From Macrostomum lignano (taxonomy: Eukaryota), in contig NIVC01000491.1 in assembly GCA_002269645.1 (NCBI GenBank), positions 1-64,000 on the forward strand: DNA of 64,000 nucleotides, read 5' to 3'. Both the position numbers and the translations under genes were made by a program. Of this stretch, positions 47,152 through 60,321 are shown piece by piece; position 1 is the first letter of the stretch, and each line of letters begins with the position of its first letter. The notes under the pieces were generated by a model. The model saw nothing but the letters and a program-made list of their open reading frames with translations, did not search any database and was not told the origin of the DNA.

Positions 47152-47989
47152 CTGTCGGGGGATGCGAGAGTTCGAATTGGCTGGGTTGGGGTTTGGGTTG
47201 CAAGGCAACGCGAGAGGAAGAGGAAGAAGGGAGGAGATGAAGGGAGAGGACGAAAGGAGAGAAAACGAAGGAGGGGAGACGAAGGGAGAGGAAATAAAGA
47301 GAGGGGAGATGAAAAAAGAGAGGAGGAGAAGAGATGAAGGGAAAACAGATAAATGAAAGGGAGATGAAAGGAGTGGATATGAATTAAGTGAAGACGAGGG
47401 AGAGAATATGAAGGGAGAACAGATGAAAGGAGGGGAGATGAAGGGAGGGCAAAAATGAAGGAGAACAGGTAAAGGTAGGGGAGATAAAGGGAAGGGAGAT
47501 GAAGGGTGGGGAGAAGAAGGGAGAACAGATAAAGGAAGAGAGATGAAGAGGGAAGCTCAGAGATTGGACAAAAATCAATAAAATAATACTACTATTACCG
47601 ATATGAGCCATTTTTGTTAAAGGCTAAAACGAATACTAACTCTAAAAATGTTTTATCGCAGTCATTAATGAAAACCAAATTTTTGCTTAATGCAGATCTG
47701 CACAAAACAAAGACAGTCCGTTTCAGAGAAGAAATTCCGTTTCCTTCTTAATAATTAACTAAGGCAAAATTGTGTCGAAAATACAAGCAAACTGGGTATC
47801 AATATTTGCAGGGATCGGATTTCAATTATACTGGAAAACTGATAAACAGCAAGAGTCTGAGCGAATCTTAGGTGACAGGAAATTGAAATGAGATCGTGTT
47901 CTACTTTATTTTGTCTTTTGTCGTTAACTTTGGCTTTGATAAACCATGCTAAATAGATGCAGTTAGATGTTGGCTGGTGATTCCATTTC

Positions 47990-48560
47990 CGTCAAGATTT
48001 CCATGTAGATTCTCTGGGAGAGTTTCTGTGAGATTTCCAGAGAGGCTTCTAATGAGATTTCCAGAGAGGCTTCTAGTAAGATTTCCAGAGAGGCTTCTAG
48101 TGAGATTTCCAGAGAGGCTTCTAGTGGGATTCCCAGAGAGGCTTCTAGTGAGATTTCCAGAGAGACTTCTAGTGAGATTTCCAGAGAGGCTTCTAGTGAG
48201 ATTTCCAGAGAGGCTTCCTGTGAGATTTCCAGAGAGGCTTCTAGTGAGATTTCCAGAGAGGCTTCTAGTGGGATTCCCAGAGAGGCTTCTAGTGAGATTT
48301 CCAGACAGGCTTCTAGTGAGATTTCCAGAGAGGCTTCTAGTGAGATTTCCAGAGAGGCTTCTAGTGAGATTTCCAGAGAGGCTTCTAGTGGGATTCCAGA
48401 GAGACTTCCTCTGAGATTTCCAGAGAGGCTTCTAGTGAGATTTCCAGAGAGGCTTCTAGTGAGATTTCCAGAGATGCTTCTAGTGCGATTCCAGAGAGGC
48501 TTCCTCTGAGATTTCCAGAGAGGCTTCCTGCGAGATTTCCAGAGAGTTTCCCATGAGATT
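47990..48560. repeat. 24-bp minisatellite
   Basis: Unit ccagagaggcttctagtgagattt. Confidence 0.94.
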
Positions 48561-49039
48561 CGTTTCCTTTAACGTATTTGTTTGTTATTGTTCACACTGA
48601 GTATTTAGGGACAAAGAAGAAGACAATAGTTGCATATCTGCCTTACTTGACTTGACTTAGCTGCAGGGGGCTCATATCTTAGCTGCTTAGCTGCATAGCT
48701 GCCGATATGTTGTGTAGTTCACTTTGCGTTTGAAAAGTAAAAAAAATCGAATATTTTATACGCACTGAAACTTTGAGAGTTGAAGATGCAGTTTAACAAA
48801 TAAACCGATTATCAGTATTCTCAAAAGTCTGCTTCCGATAAGATTATTTTAATTACACGTACATGCAACCACAACTACAGGTATGCTAATACTAAAATCT
48901 ACATCCAATTTTTGATATTTGCAAAATTACAAATTTCCATTTTTTGACATAGCATATTTTAATATTTTTGGCTAAATGTAAGTGCATTAGGTTAAGCCCT
49001 TTAATGGTAATAGTGCAAGTTGTGTGTCGTGAGCAGGTT

Positions 49040-49345
49040 TGGGATCTAGGTGAAGGAATTAGGGATCTAGGTGAGGGGATTAATGATCTAGGTGATGGGA
49101 TTAGGGATCTAGGTGATAGGATAAGAGATCTAGGTGAGCGGATTAGGGATCTGGGTGATGGGATTAGGGATCTAGGTAAGGGGATTAGGGATCTAGGTGA
49201 GGGGATTAGAGATCTAGGTGAGGGTATTAGGGTCCAGGGATCTGGGTGATGGGATAAGAGATCTGGGTGATGGGATTAGATATCTATGTGAGTTGATTAT
49301 GGATCTGTGAGGATAGTAGGGATCTGGGTGAGGGGATTAGGGATC
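49040..49345. repeat. 21-bp minisatellite
   Basis: Unit tagggatctaggtgaggggat. Confidence 0.9.
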
Positions 49346-49559
49346 TTTATAAAATGAATAAGGATTTGGGATAAACGTATTGGGATTAAGAAAATTAGAA
49401 TAGACACGCCCGGAACGCTCTATCAGCGTAAAACTACATCAGGTGGCTAATAAACAAATAATTTCAGTCTAATTAAGCAACTGCAACTACTAAGACTAAC
49501 TAACAGCTAAAACTAATGCTAGCTAATTAGATACAAGACTACTATCACTACTACAGTAC

Positions 49560-49715
49560 CTGGTCTAGCAATCTGCAGACTGTAAGACGCCTGCGGCGAT
49601 TTAACGTGCAACGCAATCGCGCTGCCGCCAACGCCGCCGAAATCCAGGGAGGAGCAGAGGCTGCTCGCGGGGTCTTGGGAGATGGCGGGGAAGCAGGAAT
49701 AGGCGCCGCCTCCCG
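49560..49715 (-). CDS. msi: Musashi exon (inferred from splice sites and phase)
   Basis: ccattctcag| acceptor, open GC-rich frame GGGAYSCFPAISQDPASS...QIARP, phase 1 to 1. Donor GTACTG. Confidence 0.6.
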
Positions 49716-49744
49716 CTGAGAATGGTGGGATGGCGAACCGAATA

Positions 49745-49765
49745 GATTGATTGATTGATTGATGA

Positions 49766-49823
<58 letters not shown>

Positions 49824-49977
49824 GGATTGATGGACTGATGGATTGGATTGGTTGATGGATTGATTGATGGATTGATTGATTGATTGATTGATGGATGAAT
49901 TGATGGATTGATGGATTGATAGATTGATTGATTGATTGATGGATTGATGGATTGATTGATTGATTGGTTGATTGACG

Positions 49978-50023
<46 letters not shown>

Positions 50024-50025
50024 CG

Positions 50026-50075
<50 letters not shown>

Positions 50076-50185
50076 CGGATTGATTGATTGATTGATTGAT
50101 GGATTGATTGATTGATTGGTTGATTGACGGATTGATTGATGGATGAATTGATGGATTGATTGATTGATTGGTTGATTGATTGACG

Positions 50186-50216
<31 letters not shown>

Positions 50217-50237
50217 GGATTGATTGATTGATTGATG

Positions 50238-50269
<32 letters not shown>

Positions 50270-50333
50270 AATTGATTGATTGATGGATGAATGGTTGGAT
50301 TGATTGATTGATTGATTGATGGATGAATTGATG

Positions 50334-50374
<41 letters not shown>

Positions 50375-50581
50375 ATTGATGGTTGATTGATTGATTGATA
50401 GTTGATTGATTGATTGATGGTTGATTGATTGATTGATGGTTGATTGATTGATTGATGGTTGATTGATTGATTGATAGTTGATTGATTGATTGATGGTTGA
50501 TTAATTGATTGATGGTTGATTGATTGATTGATGGTTGATTGATTGATTGATGGTTGATTGATTGATTGATGGTTGATTGAT
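49745..50581. repeat. (GATT)n microsatellite
   Basis: Direct reading. Confidence 0.96.
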
Positions 50582-50884
50582 TCAATTATTGATGAATTGA
50601 TGGGAATAGCGTGTCCAATGTTTTACTAACAGCAGTAGTAGCTATTTCTAAAGTTTACTAGGCTTTTTATAATTCCGCAACAGCTGTATATGTTTATATG
50701 GAAACGAATATACACGTATTACAATCGATTACCAAATTTTCATATAGCAAAATCGGACAAAAGAAATGTAAGATTAGCTAGATGTAGATTAGATGAGATG
50801 CGGTTTTACTGAGATTGGATCGTAAATCCAAAAATACTAGATCTAGATCCATGGAGACTAAATCGATCATATTTAATTAAGAAT

Positions 50885-51790
50885 GGATTTAGATCTACTT
50901 AAGATTAGATCTGCAATCCTTGAGACTAGATCTACATTCCTTGAGATTAAATCTACATCCCTCGAGACTAGACTAGATCCCTTGAGTTTATATCTAATCC
51001 CTTAAGATCAGATTTACATCCCTTGAGATTAGACCTACATCTCTTGAGAGTAGATCTAGATGTACATCCCTTGATATTTAATCTAAGTGCCTTGAGATTA
51101 AATCTACATTTCTTGAGATTAGATCTAAATCCCCTGAGATCCTTTGAGATTAGATCTATATCTCCTACGATCTCTAGATCTCTTGAAATTAGATATACAT
51201 CCCTTGAGATTAGATCTACATTTCTTGAGAGTAGATCTACATCCCTTGAGGCTAGATCTATATCCCTTAAGTTTAGATCTAATCCCTTGAGATAAGATTT
51301 ACATCCCTTGAGATCAGATCTACATCCCTTGAGATTTGAGATTTGATCTACATCTCTTGAGAGTAGATCTACATCCCTTGATAGTTGATTTAAGTGCCTT
51401 GAGATTAAATCTACATTTCTTGAGACTAGATCTACATCTCTTAAGATTAGATCTACATCTCCTAAGATTAGATCTACATCTCTTGAAATTAGATCTACAT
51501 CTTTTGAGATCAAACTGCATCCATTAAGATTAGATCTACATTTCTTGAGGGTAGATCTACATCCCTTGAGACTAGATCTATATCCCTTAAGTTTAGATCT
51601 AATCCCTTGAGATCAGATTTACATCCCTTGAGATCAGATCCACATCCCTTGAGATTTGAGATTAGATCTACATCTCTTAAGATTAGATCTACATCTCCTA
51701 AGATTAGATCTACCTCTCCTGAAATTAGATCCAAATCTTTTGAGATCATATCTACATTCATTGAGATTAGATCTAGCTCCAAAGAGATCC
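50885..51790. repeat. Degenerate 21-bp minisatellite
   Basis: Unit agatctacatcccttgagatt. Confidence 0.9.
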
Positions 51791-52842
51791 AAAAAATCTA
51801 CTGAAATTTTGTACCACACTTAGTAAAAAACCGCAAATTGAAAATTACAGTAACTGTCAACACAATTTGACAATTTCAATTTGTCAATTAGAGGAAATAC
51901 CTCATCTAAAAGCGTATGATTACAAAAATAATCAATTCGAAATGTTTCCAATCTAACAGTAACTAAGGCCTGTCTACTCTATGCTGATCGCACCGCAAAA
52001 TGCGCTTATAATTTTACGACGCATTGGCAGATTAAATGTGTACAATTTAAACTAATTCACAATTGCAATTTGCAAGCCGCGAAATCTATGCTAAAAATCA
52101 ATTCTAATTAGTCGCCTATTACGATTAATATAAAATACAGGGGCCTTAAGAACCTCCCATACAATAATCATCTTGCTATACAAAAAACAGACAGTCTCTA
52201 CACAGATGAGTAATAATTGAAAATATTTAATAAATCTACCACATTATATGTAAAATATAAAAATATTAGATTACTAAAAAACGAACAAATTTCGCAACTA
52301 ATATAATTTACTATTAGTAGCATAAGCTACTGTAAAATCTATTTGATTGCATTTATACACGAGAACTAATTGCAGTGAAACGTGGGGAGTGTTCCGATTC
52401 CGCACGCTAAATTGCTGAATCAGTGTCTGATTGAGATCAGGAAAAGTCTACGAGGGACTCAATTAAACTAAATTCTTCATCATTCTGAAGAGTGAGGGCT
52501 CAGAGAACCAGAGCAGATCTAGGCAGAGAGCTAGGCTTTACTTGCAACTTCCAACGAAAAATCTTTCTTACCAACAATACCAAATTTAGCGTCCACGATT
52601 CACTCACGGGGGCAATTTTCTTTTACAAAAATTGCACTTTGTTTAATTCGTAAAATATTTTGTGGAGAAAATGGGGAGAGAAGAAGAAATAAGTTTTAGC
52701 TATATAAATTTATTATTGCATATTGTAGTCATAAAATTTTTAAGGCATTTCACGAAGTTCTTTTTATCTCAAATTTTACTCTGGACGTTACCAGTGACAG
52801 CAAGCAAACGAAACACAGGCGTATTGCTATTAGACCATGTGA

Positions 52843-53100
52843 GTGTCACGTGATCAGCTCTCGCCCAATGGCAATGCAGACGTATCGCTATTGGACAAGA
52901 TAATTGTCACGTGACCGACTCTAGACCAATAGCAATGCAAGCGTATTGCTATTGGACAAGACAATTGTCACGTGACCGACTCTAGACCAATAGCAATGCA
53001 AGCGTATTGCTATTGGACAAGATAATTGTCACGTGACGTTCTCTTGACCAATAGTAACACATGCGTATCACTATTGGATGGCGCAATTATCATGTGACTA
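52843..53100. repeat. 61-63-bp tandem repeat (4 copies) of E-box palindrome plus inverted CCAAT pair
   Basis: GTCACGTGAC-N10-CCAAT-N20-ATTGG-N11, with units starting at 52843, 52906, 52967 and 53028. Confidence 0.9.
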
Positions 53101-53237
53101 ACAGATACTTTAGCATAAAAATTTATTAATAAATTAATCACGGTAGAAAACCTTGGTCAGTATATTCAATGTCTTAGGCTTGGGCAACATCAACCAATTA
53201 TCAGTAAAAAACTGAAAGCGCAACAGCGGCGGCTCAC

Positions 53238-53462
53238 CTGCGGGCAGGTAGTACCCGGGCAGACTGTAGTAGCCTGTAGCGGCTGGAGACTGCGGCACTG
53301 CGGCTGCTGCAGCTGCAGCGGCAGCTGCCGCTTGCTGACGAGCTGAAGCGGCCGCGGCGGCTGCGGCGGCTGCAGCAGCGGCTGCGTTGGGGTTCGCCAG
53401 GCCTGCGGCGGCTGAACCAGCAGTGAGCGCGTAGGACACTGGTAGCTGGCCAGGGAGGTACA
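53238..53462 (-). CDS. msi: Musashi exon (Ala-rich low-complexity region)
   Basis: cccctgcag| acceptor, phase 1 to 1. YLPGQLPVSYALTAGSAAAG...GYYSLPGYYLPA. Donor GTGAGC. Confidence 0.75.
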
Positions 53463-53507
53463 CTGCAGGGGGGTTGAGTGGATATTGCGATTGTTGGATG
53501 CTAAGCT

Positions 53508-54430
53508 TGCCACATCTTCTCTGATTCCATATCTTCTCTGATGCCACATCTTCTCTGATTCCATATCTTCTCTGATGCCACATCTTCTCTGATTCCATAT
53601 CTTCTCTGATGCCACATCTTCTCTGATTCCATATCTTCTCTGATCCCACATATTTGATTCCACATCTTCTCTGATCGCATATCTTCTCTGATCCCATATC
53701 TTCTCTGATCCCATATCTTCTCTGATCCCATATCTTCTCTGATCCCACATCTTCTCTGATCCCACATCTTCTCTGATCCCATATCTTCTCTGATCCCATA
53801 TCTTCTCTGATCCCATATCTTCTCTGATCCCATATCTTCTCTGATCCCATATCTTCGCTGATCCCATATCTTCTCTGATCCCATATCTTCTCTGATCCCA
53901 TATCTTCTCTGATCCCATATCTTCTCTGATCCCATATCTTCTCTGATCCCATATCTTCTCTGATCCCATATCTTCTCTGATCCCACATCTTCTCTGATCC
54001 CATATCTTCTCTGATCCCATATCTTCTCTGATCCCATATCTTCTCTGATCCCATATCTTCTCTGATCCCATATCTTCTCTGATCCCACATCTTCTCTGAT
54101 CCCACATCTTCTCTGATCCCATATCTTCTCTGATCCCATATCTTCGCTGATCCCACATCTTCCCTGATCCCATATCTTCTCTGATCCCATATCTTCGCTG
54201 ATCCCATATCTTCTCTGATCTCATATCTTCGCTGATCCCATATCTTCTCTGATCTCACATCTCTGATTCCACATCTCTGATCCCACATCTCTGATTCCAC
54301 ATCTCTGATTCCACATCTTCTCTGATCCCATATCTTCTCTGATCCCATATCTTCTCTGATCCCATATCTCTGATTCCACATCTTCTCTGATCCCAAATCT
54401 TCTCGGATACCACATCTCTGATCCCAAATC
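53508..54430. repeat. 17-bp minisatellite
   Basis: Unit atcttctctgatcccat. Confidence 0.95.
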
Positions 54431-54637
54431 AATTTTATCCCAATAATTTTATCCCATTTTCCTGAAGTTTATTTGGCAAATAAGAGTCCCTTTTATTCCA
54501 AATCATTGAAATATTCTTAATCTTCTTGATTTTCAAAACCGCTCAAGTCAATAAATCTTTAACTACTCATAAATCTGCTAATCGCAGTCTTTCTCACATT
54601 CTATAAACATTTCAATCTCAGTTCTAGAATAACTCAC

Positions 54638-54808
54638 GCAGTGGTCTTAAAAGAGCTCCACCTCGTCCTTTTAGATTCGTATACGGCATCATGACCTCCT
54701 TGGGCAGGGCCTTCTTGCACTCAACCATCTTGCTGTTTAGCTCGTGAAAATGAATGTCGCACACTTTATCGGCTGATTCTTCCATCTCGAAGGTCACAAA
54801 GCCGAAGC
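54638..54808 (-). CDS. msi: Musashi exon (RNP1 and end of RRM2)
   Basis: (G)[39 protein letters not shown] matches MSI1 [40 protein letters not shown]. Donor GTGAGT. Confidence 0.95.
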
Positions 54809-54860
54809 CTGCGTGTGTGTTTTTGGGGAATATTCTTGACGAGTGAAGTGAACTATAACC

Positions 54861-55370
<510 letters not shown>

Positions 55371-56231
55371 ATCACATATACATACATAAATAGGCTTCAT
55401 CCACAGAGGCAGCTGGCAAGCAAGCCGGTAGCAAGCGAGCTTGCAGAAACACAGATCCGATACAGCGCAAGAAACACAGAAACAGTCACAGGAAAACTTA
55501 GAGCGGCAGAAACTTTATCTTTTGGTCTCATGGTTTCCATCAACTTAGATGCGCAATAAGAATTGCATTAGATTACTGTATGTATAGATTTTGATTATTA
55601 TTTCGCTAAACAACCACTGGTGCAGTAAACGCTATGCATAGGATGTAAAAAACATCTTTCTAAACGGTCCTAAGAATTTCTTTCCTTCTTAGAAAATTGG
55701 TTGCAATTTTGCTAATTACAGTCAAACTGTTTGCAAATCATTTACTATCCAATAGGACTTGCGATCTTCCTGTACTATTCTAGGAAACATCCTTAGAAAT
55801 AGAGGTGTACTTGGGCTCAGTGTGGTAAGCCTTAAACCGGTCTACCTAAACTGCTGGGACTCTGGGAACTACTTTACAGTTTTTCATGGATTTGTTAAGC
55901 CCTTGTATAGCATTGCAGGGAAGAGGGAGAGGGAGAGAGAGAGAGAGAGAGAGCTGACTGCGGTCGTGCCTGTCAATGCCGCCCATCCATCCGTCTTTGT
56001 CACCCTCTACAGCGTTGAAACACAGTCGCTCCAGTATGTGGGATAGTTAGGGGGTGTAAAATTTCTGTATTTCGCATTAGTTTTCTCTTACTCGTAACTG
56101 TGGGGCATTCCTTTTGCTACAGACCAAGATGCTGCTGCTGCTGTAATATACTTTTTGGGCTTGCGCCTGCAGCTTGTTATAAGAGTGGATCTTGTTAGCA
56201 GGTTGATGGGTCATTAGATATGGATGTACAC

Positions 56232-56586
<355 letters not shown>

Positions 56587-56619
56587 TTATATTAGATAGA
56601 TCTATAAACGAAGAATTAC

Positions 56620-56668
56620 CTCTATGTCTATTAGTAGTCTTGTCCATCATCAGTTCGCAGCTTTCAAT
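56620..56668 (-). CDS. msi: Musashi exon (RRM2 middle)
   Basis: ttttcag|IESCELMMDKTTNRHR(G)|GTAATT, phase 0 to 1. Confidence 0.92.
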
Positions 56669-56879
56669 CTGAAAACGAATTACCGGGTTTAGAAATAGTT
56701 TATCTAATAAATTATTCATAGAATTTAAAAAAAACAGATTACGTCATTTTGGCAGTTCAAATGCAAAATAGATTTCTCAATCTGAGTAGTACATAAGAAG
56801 TCATTCGAAACAATTAAACAATATCGCTATTGAAATAATTGCCCTAAAGCAGTTTGCATGTCTCAGAGCTTTAAAATAG

Positions 56880-57220
56880 AAACTTCACAAACTAACAGAA
56901 CCTTCACAAACTAATGGAAACTTCACAAACTAACAGAAACTTCACAAACTAACAGAAACTTCACAAACTAATGGAAACTTCACAAACTAACAGAAACTTC
57001 ACAAACTAATAGCAACTTCACAAACTAACAGAAACTTCACAAACTAACAGAAACTTCACAAACTAACAGAAACTTCACAAACTAATGGAAACTTCACAAA
57101 CTAACAGAAACTTCACAAACTAATAGCAACTTCACAAACTAACAGAAACTTCACAAACTAACAGAAACTTCACAAACTAATGGAAACTTCGCAAACTAAT
57201 AGCAACTTCACAAACTAATT
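56880..57220. repeat. 19-bp minisatellite
   Basis: Unit aacttcacaaactaacaga. Confidence 0.94.
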
Positions 57221-57629
57221 GACAATTCACAAACTTATAGTAACTTCACAAATTTATAAAGTAGCTCCCTGTCTATCAGCATGGCAGATGCACCACTTAA
57301 CAAGGCTAATAACTTTATACACAGGTCAGGTAAAAAAAATTCTAGAAAAACAGGTGCGTCTTTCTGTGTGCGTGAACATCCGCTTACATAGGAAAATGTG
57401 TTCTATCATTAAGCTTACTCTGTACACATAGCACTGGGTTCTAGAAATGAATTAACTGATATTATACACAGAGCTCAGCTCGTGCCAAGGCCTCAAGTTA
57501 GACATTGGCAACACGCGGACGCAGAGTGGGACTGGGTGAGAAAGCTTTATAATGGGATGCTGGAGTTGGCGTTGCTAATGTCAACCTTGCGCGTGACCAC
57601 GACAGGAAATGGATGCAGGCACTGGGATT

Positions 57630-57713
<84 letters not shown>
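57630..57713. repeat. (GA)n microsatellite
   Basis: Direct reading. Confidence 0.95.
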
Positions 57714-57717
<4 letters not shown>

Positions 57718-57919
57718 TTAAGTTAAAGTCGTCGACTGACTGACTTGAGTGACGCGGGCAACTTAACGAAGAGAAGAGTGTAGGACTCTTTAAGGAGTTT
57801 CTCTAGGACTCGGAGGAAGTTCGGAAAGGTTGCAAAGAGTATAAAATTTAGTAAGATTCTGCTTCAGCTAACAGGCGGGTGTGATAGAGGATCGAGTGAA
57901 TTTTACGGAGTGAAAAGAC

Positions 57920-59130
57920 GGACAGATGGAACAAGGGAGAGTGACAGATGGAACGGGGGAGAGTGACAGATGGAACGGGGAGAGTGACATATGGAATGGG
58001 GTAGTGACAGATAGAACGGGGGAGAGGGACATGTTATGGGAGAGAGTGACAGATAGAACGGGGAGAGTGACATATGGAATGGGGGAGAGTGACAAATGGA
58101 ATGGGGGAGTGACATATGGAATGGGGGAGAGTGACATATGGAATGGGGGAGAGTGACGTATGGAACGGGGGAGAGTGACATATGGAATGGGGGAGAGTGA
58201 CATATGGAATGGGGGAGAGTGACATATGGAATGGGGGAGTGATATATGTTATGGGGGAGAGTGACAGGGAATGGGGGTGGGAGAGAGTGACAGATAGAAC
58301 GGGGAGAGTGACATATGGAATGGGAGAGAGACATGGAATGGGAGAGTGACATATGGAATGGGGGAGTGACATGGAATGGGAGAGTGACAGATGGAATGGG
58401 AGAGTGACATATGGAATGGGGAGAGTGACATGGAATGGGAGAGTGACATATGGAATGGGGAGAGTGACATGGAATGGGAGAGTGACAGATGGAATGGGGG
58501 AGAGTGACAGATGGAATGGGGGAGAGTGACATATGGAATGGGGAGAGTGACATGGAATGGGGATGGGGGAGTGACAGATAGAACGGGGAGAGTGACATAT
58601 GGAATGGGGGAGTGACATGGAATGGGAGAGTGACGGATGGAATGGGGGGAGTGACAGATGGAATGGGGAGTGACATGGAATGGGAGAGTGACAGGTGGAA
58701 TGGGGGAGAGTGACAGGTGGAATGGGGAGTGACAGATGGAATGGGGAAGTGACAGATGGAATGGGGGGGAGTGACAGATGGAATGGGGAGTGACAGATGG
58801 AATGGGGAGTGACAGATGGAATGGGAAGTGACAGATGGAATGGGGGTGACATGGAATGGGGGGAGTGACAGATGGAATGGGGGAGTGACATGGAATGGGG
58901 GGGTGACAGATGGAATGGGGAGTGACAGATGGAATGGGGAGAGTGACAGATGGAATGGGGGGAGTGACAGATGGAATGGGGGTGACATGGAATGGGGGGA
59001 GTGACAGATGGAATGGGGGAGTGACATGGAATGGGGGGAGTGACAGATGGAATGGGGAGTGACAGATGGAATGGGGAAGTGACAGATGGAATGGGGGAGA
59101 GTGACAGGTGGAACGGGAAGTGACGGAAAA
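57920..59130. repeat. ~20-22-bp G-rich minisatellite
   Basis: Unit gagtgacagatggaatgggg(ga). Confidence 0.94.
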
Positions 59131-60147
59131 AATGGGAAAGAGTGACAGATAAAAGGTATTAGAAAATTAGGATTGAAAGGAGAGTGAGAGATTAATAGTA
59201 AAGAAATGTAACGAACTTATGCCAGAATAAATTAACGTCAATGTAAACGAGAAGCAAACGCCTCAACACTCTAAGCATCTTATTTTTCTCGCGACTTTCG
59301 TCTGCTTTTCTTTTTTTTCTGCACAGTTTAAAATTTCTTAAATTAAACGAACTCAGTTAACTTGAACTCTTAGCTAATGGATATGTCAAAGCCATTATAG
59401 CTACCCTTCTAACTCAGTCTTCTAATGCGAATAAATGAATTTATTGCAACTCTTTCTTGACTAGTGCAGGCTACCGCACAATGACTAAAGCAGAAATTTT
59501 TTTGACACTTTATGCCCGTACAATGTTAGGCTGCCGCTATGCGAGCTAAAAATTGCCATTACTGTATGAAGGCGTTTAATAATAAGCTTGAAATTTTACA
59601 TCGTTAAAAGACAGAATCTATCGCAAGCTCGAATCTTAAAACGAATTCGACTATGTAAAAGTTTTTGAACTTGTAAAAGCGATCCTGGCTGAGCAACCAA
59701 CATGTGATGTACGAGCGTAAAACAAGTCTCAGACTTGAAAACTTTTCAACGCGAGAGATGCCAAATTAAAGGCCAGCCCCCGCCGAGACTAAATTAAAAT
59801 TAATAAAATAAAGATCGTGCTAAAGTGGCTATTATGTGGCCCCACAGACCGACTAAGGTAATTGCAATAAGTTTAACAAATTATTCAAGGGCCTGCATGC
59901 AGAAAAGAGCAGCGAAATGAACGTAGATAAGCGAGGGTCATTTAGCTAGCTAACGGTTGAATTCAATTGAATGCGGGGAGTTCGCGATTTATTTAATTTT
60001 AATCGTTTCGTCGTGTTTAATCGATTTAGACAAAAAGAGGCAATTCGATATCACCGTTAGTACAACGATATTGTTGTTAATTGGAAATAAAAAGCTATGT
60101 TAAGCAATAAAACGTTTTGTAGAAAAAGTAAAACAAGCGGAACTCAC

Positions 60148-60321
60148 CTTGCCAAACTTGCAGAAATGCTCCTTCAATTCGTCCGCAGTCGTGCTGTTGC
60201 TTATACCGCCAACGAATACTTTCTTGGTCTTCTGCAGTTGCTGCTGTTGCGTTAGAGACAAATTGTTAGATATTAATGACGGATTTGGTAGGCTTAGACT
60301 TGGCGCTATTGATGTGTACAT
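60148..60321 (-). CDS. msi: Musashi-family RNA-binding protein, first visible coding exon (start of RRM2)
   Basis: ...[29 protein letters not shown]|GTGAGT corresponds to MSI1 [27 protein letters not shown]. The 5' boundary (ATG 60321 or an internal acceptor) is uncertain. Confidence 0.88.

Noticed and set aside
50885-51790. Idea that GUAG-containing intronic repeats are Musashi autoregulatory sites
   Set aside because: UAG cores are too short and common to support this, and Musashi acts mainly on cytoplasmic 3' UTRs.
53501-54432. IREDMGSEKIWDQRRYG repeat ORFs fused to the Musashi Ala-rich exon
   Set aside because: An intronic 17-bp satellite. A good phase-compatible acceptor at 53462/53463 explains the exon without it.
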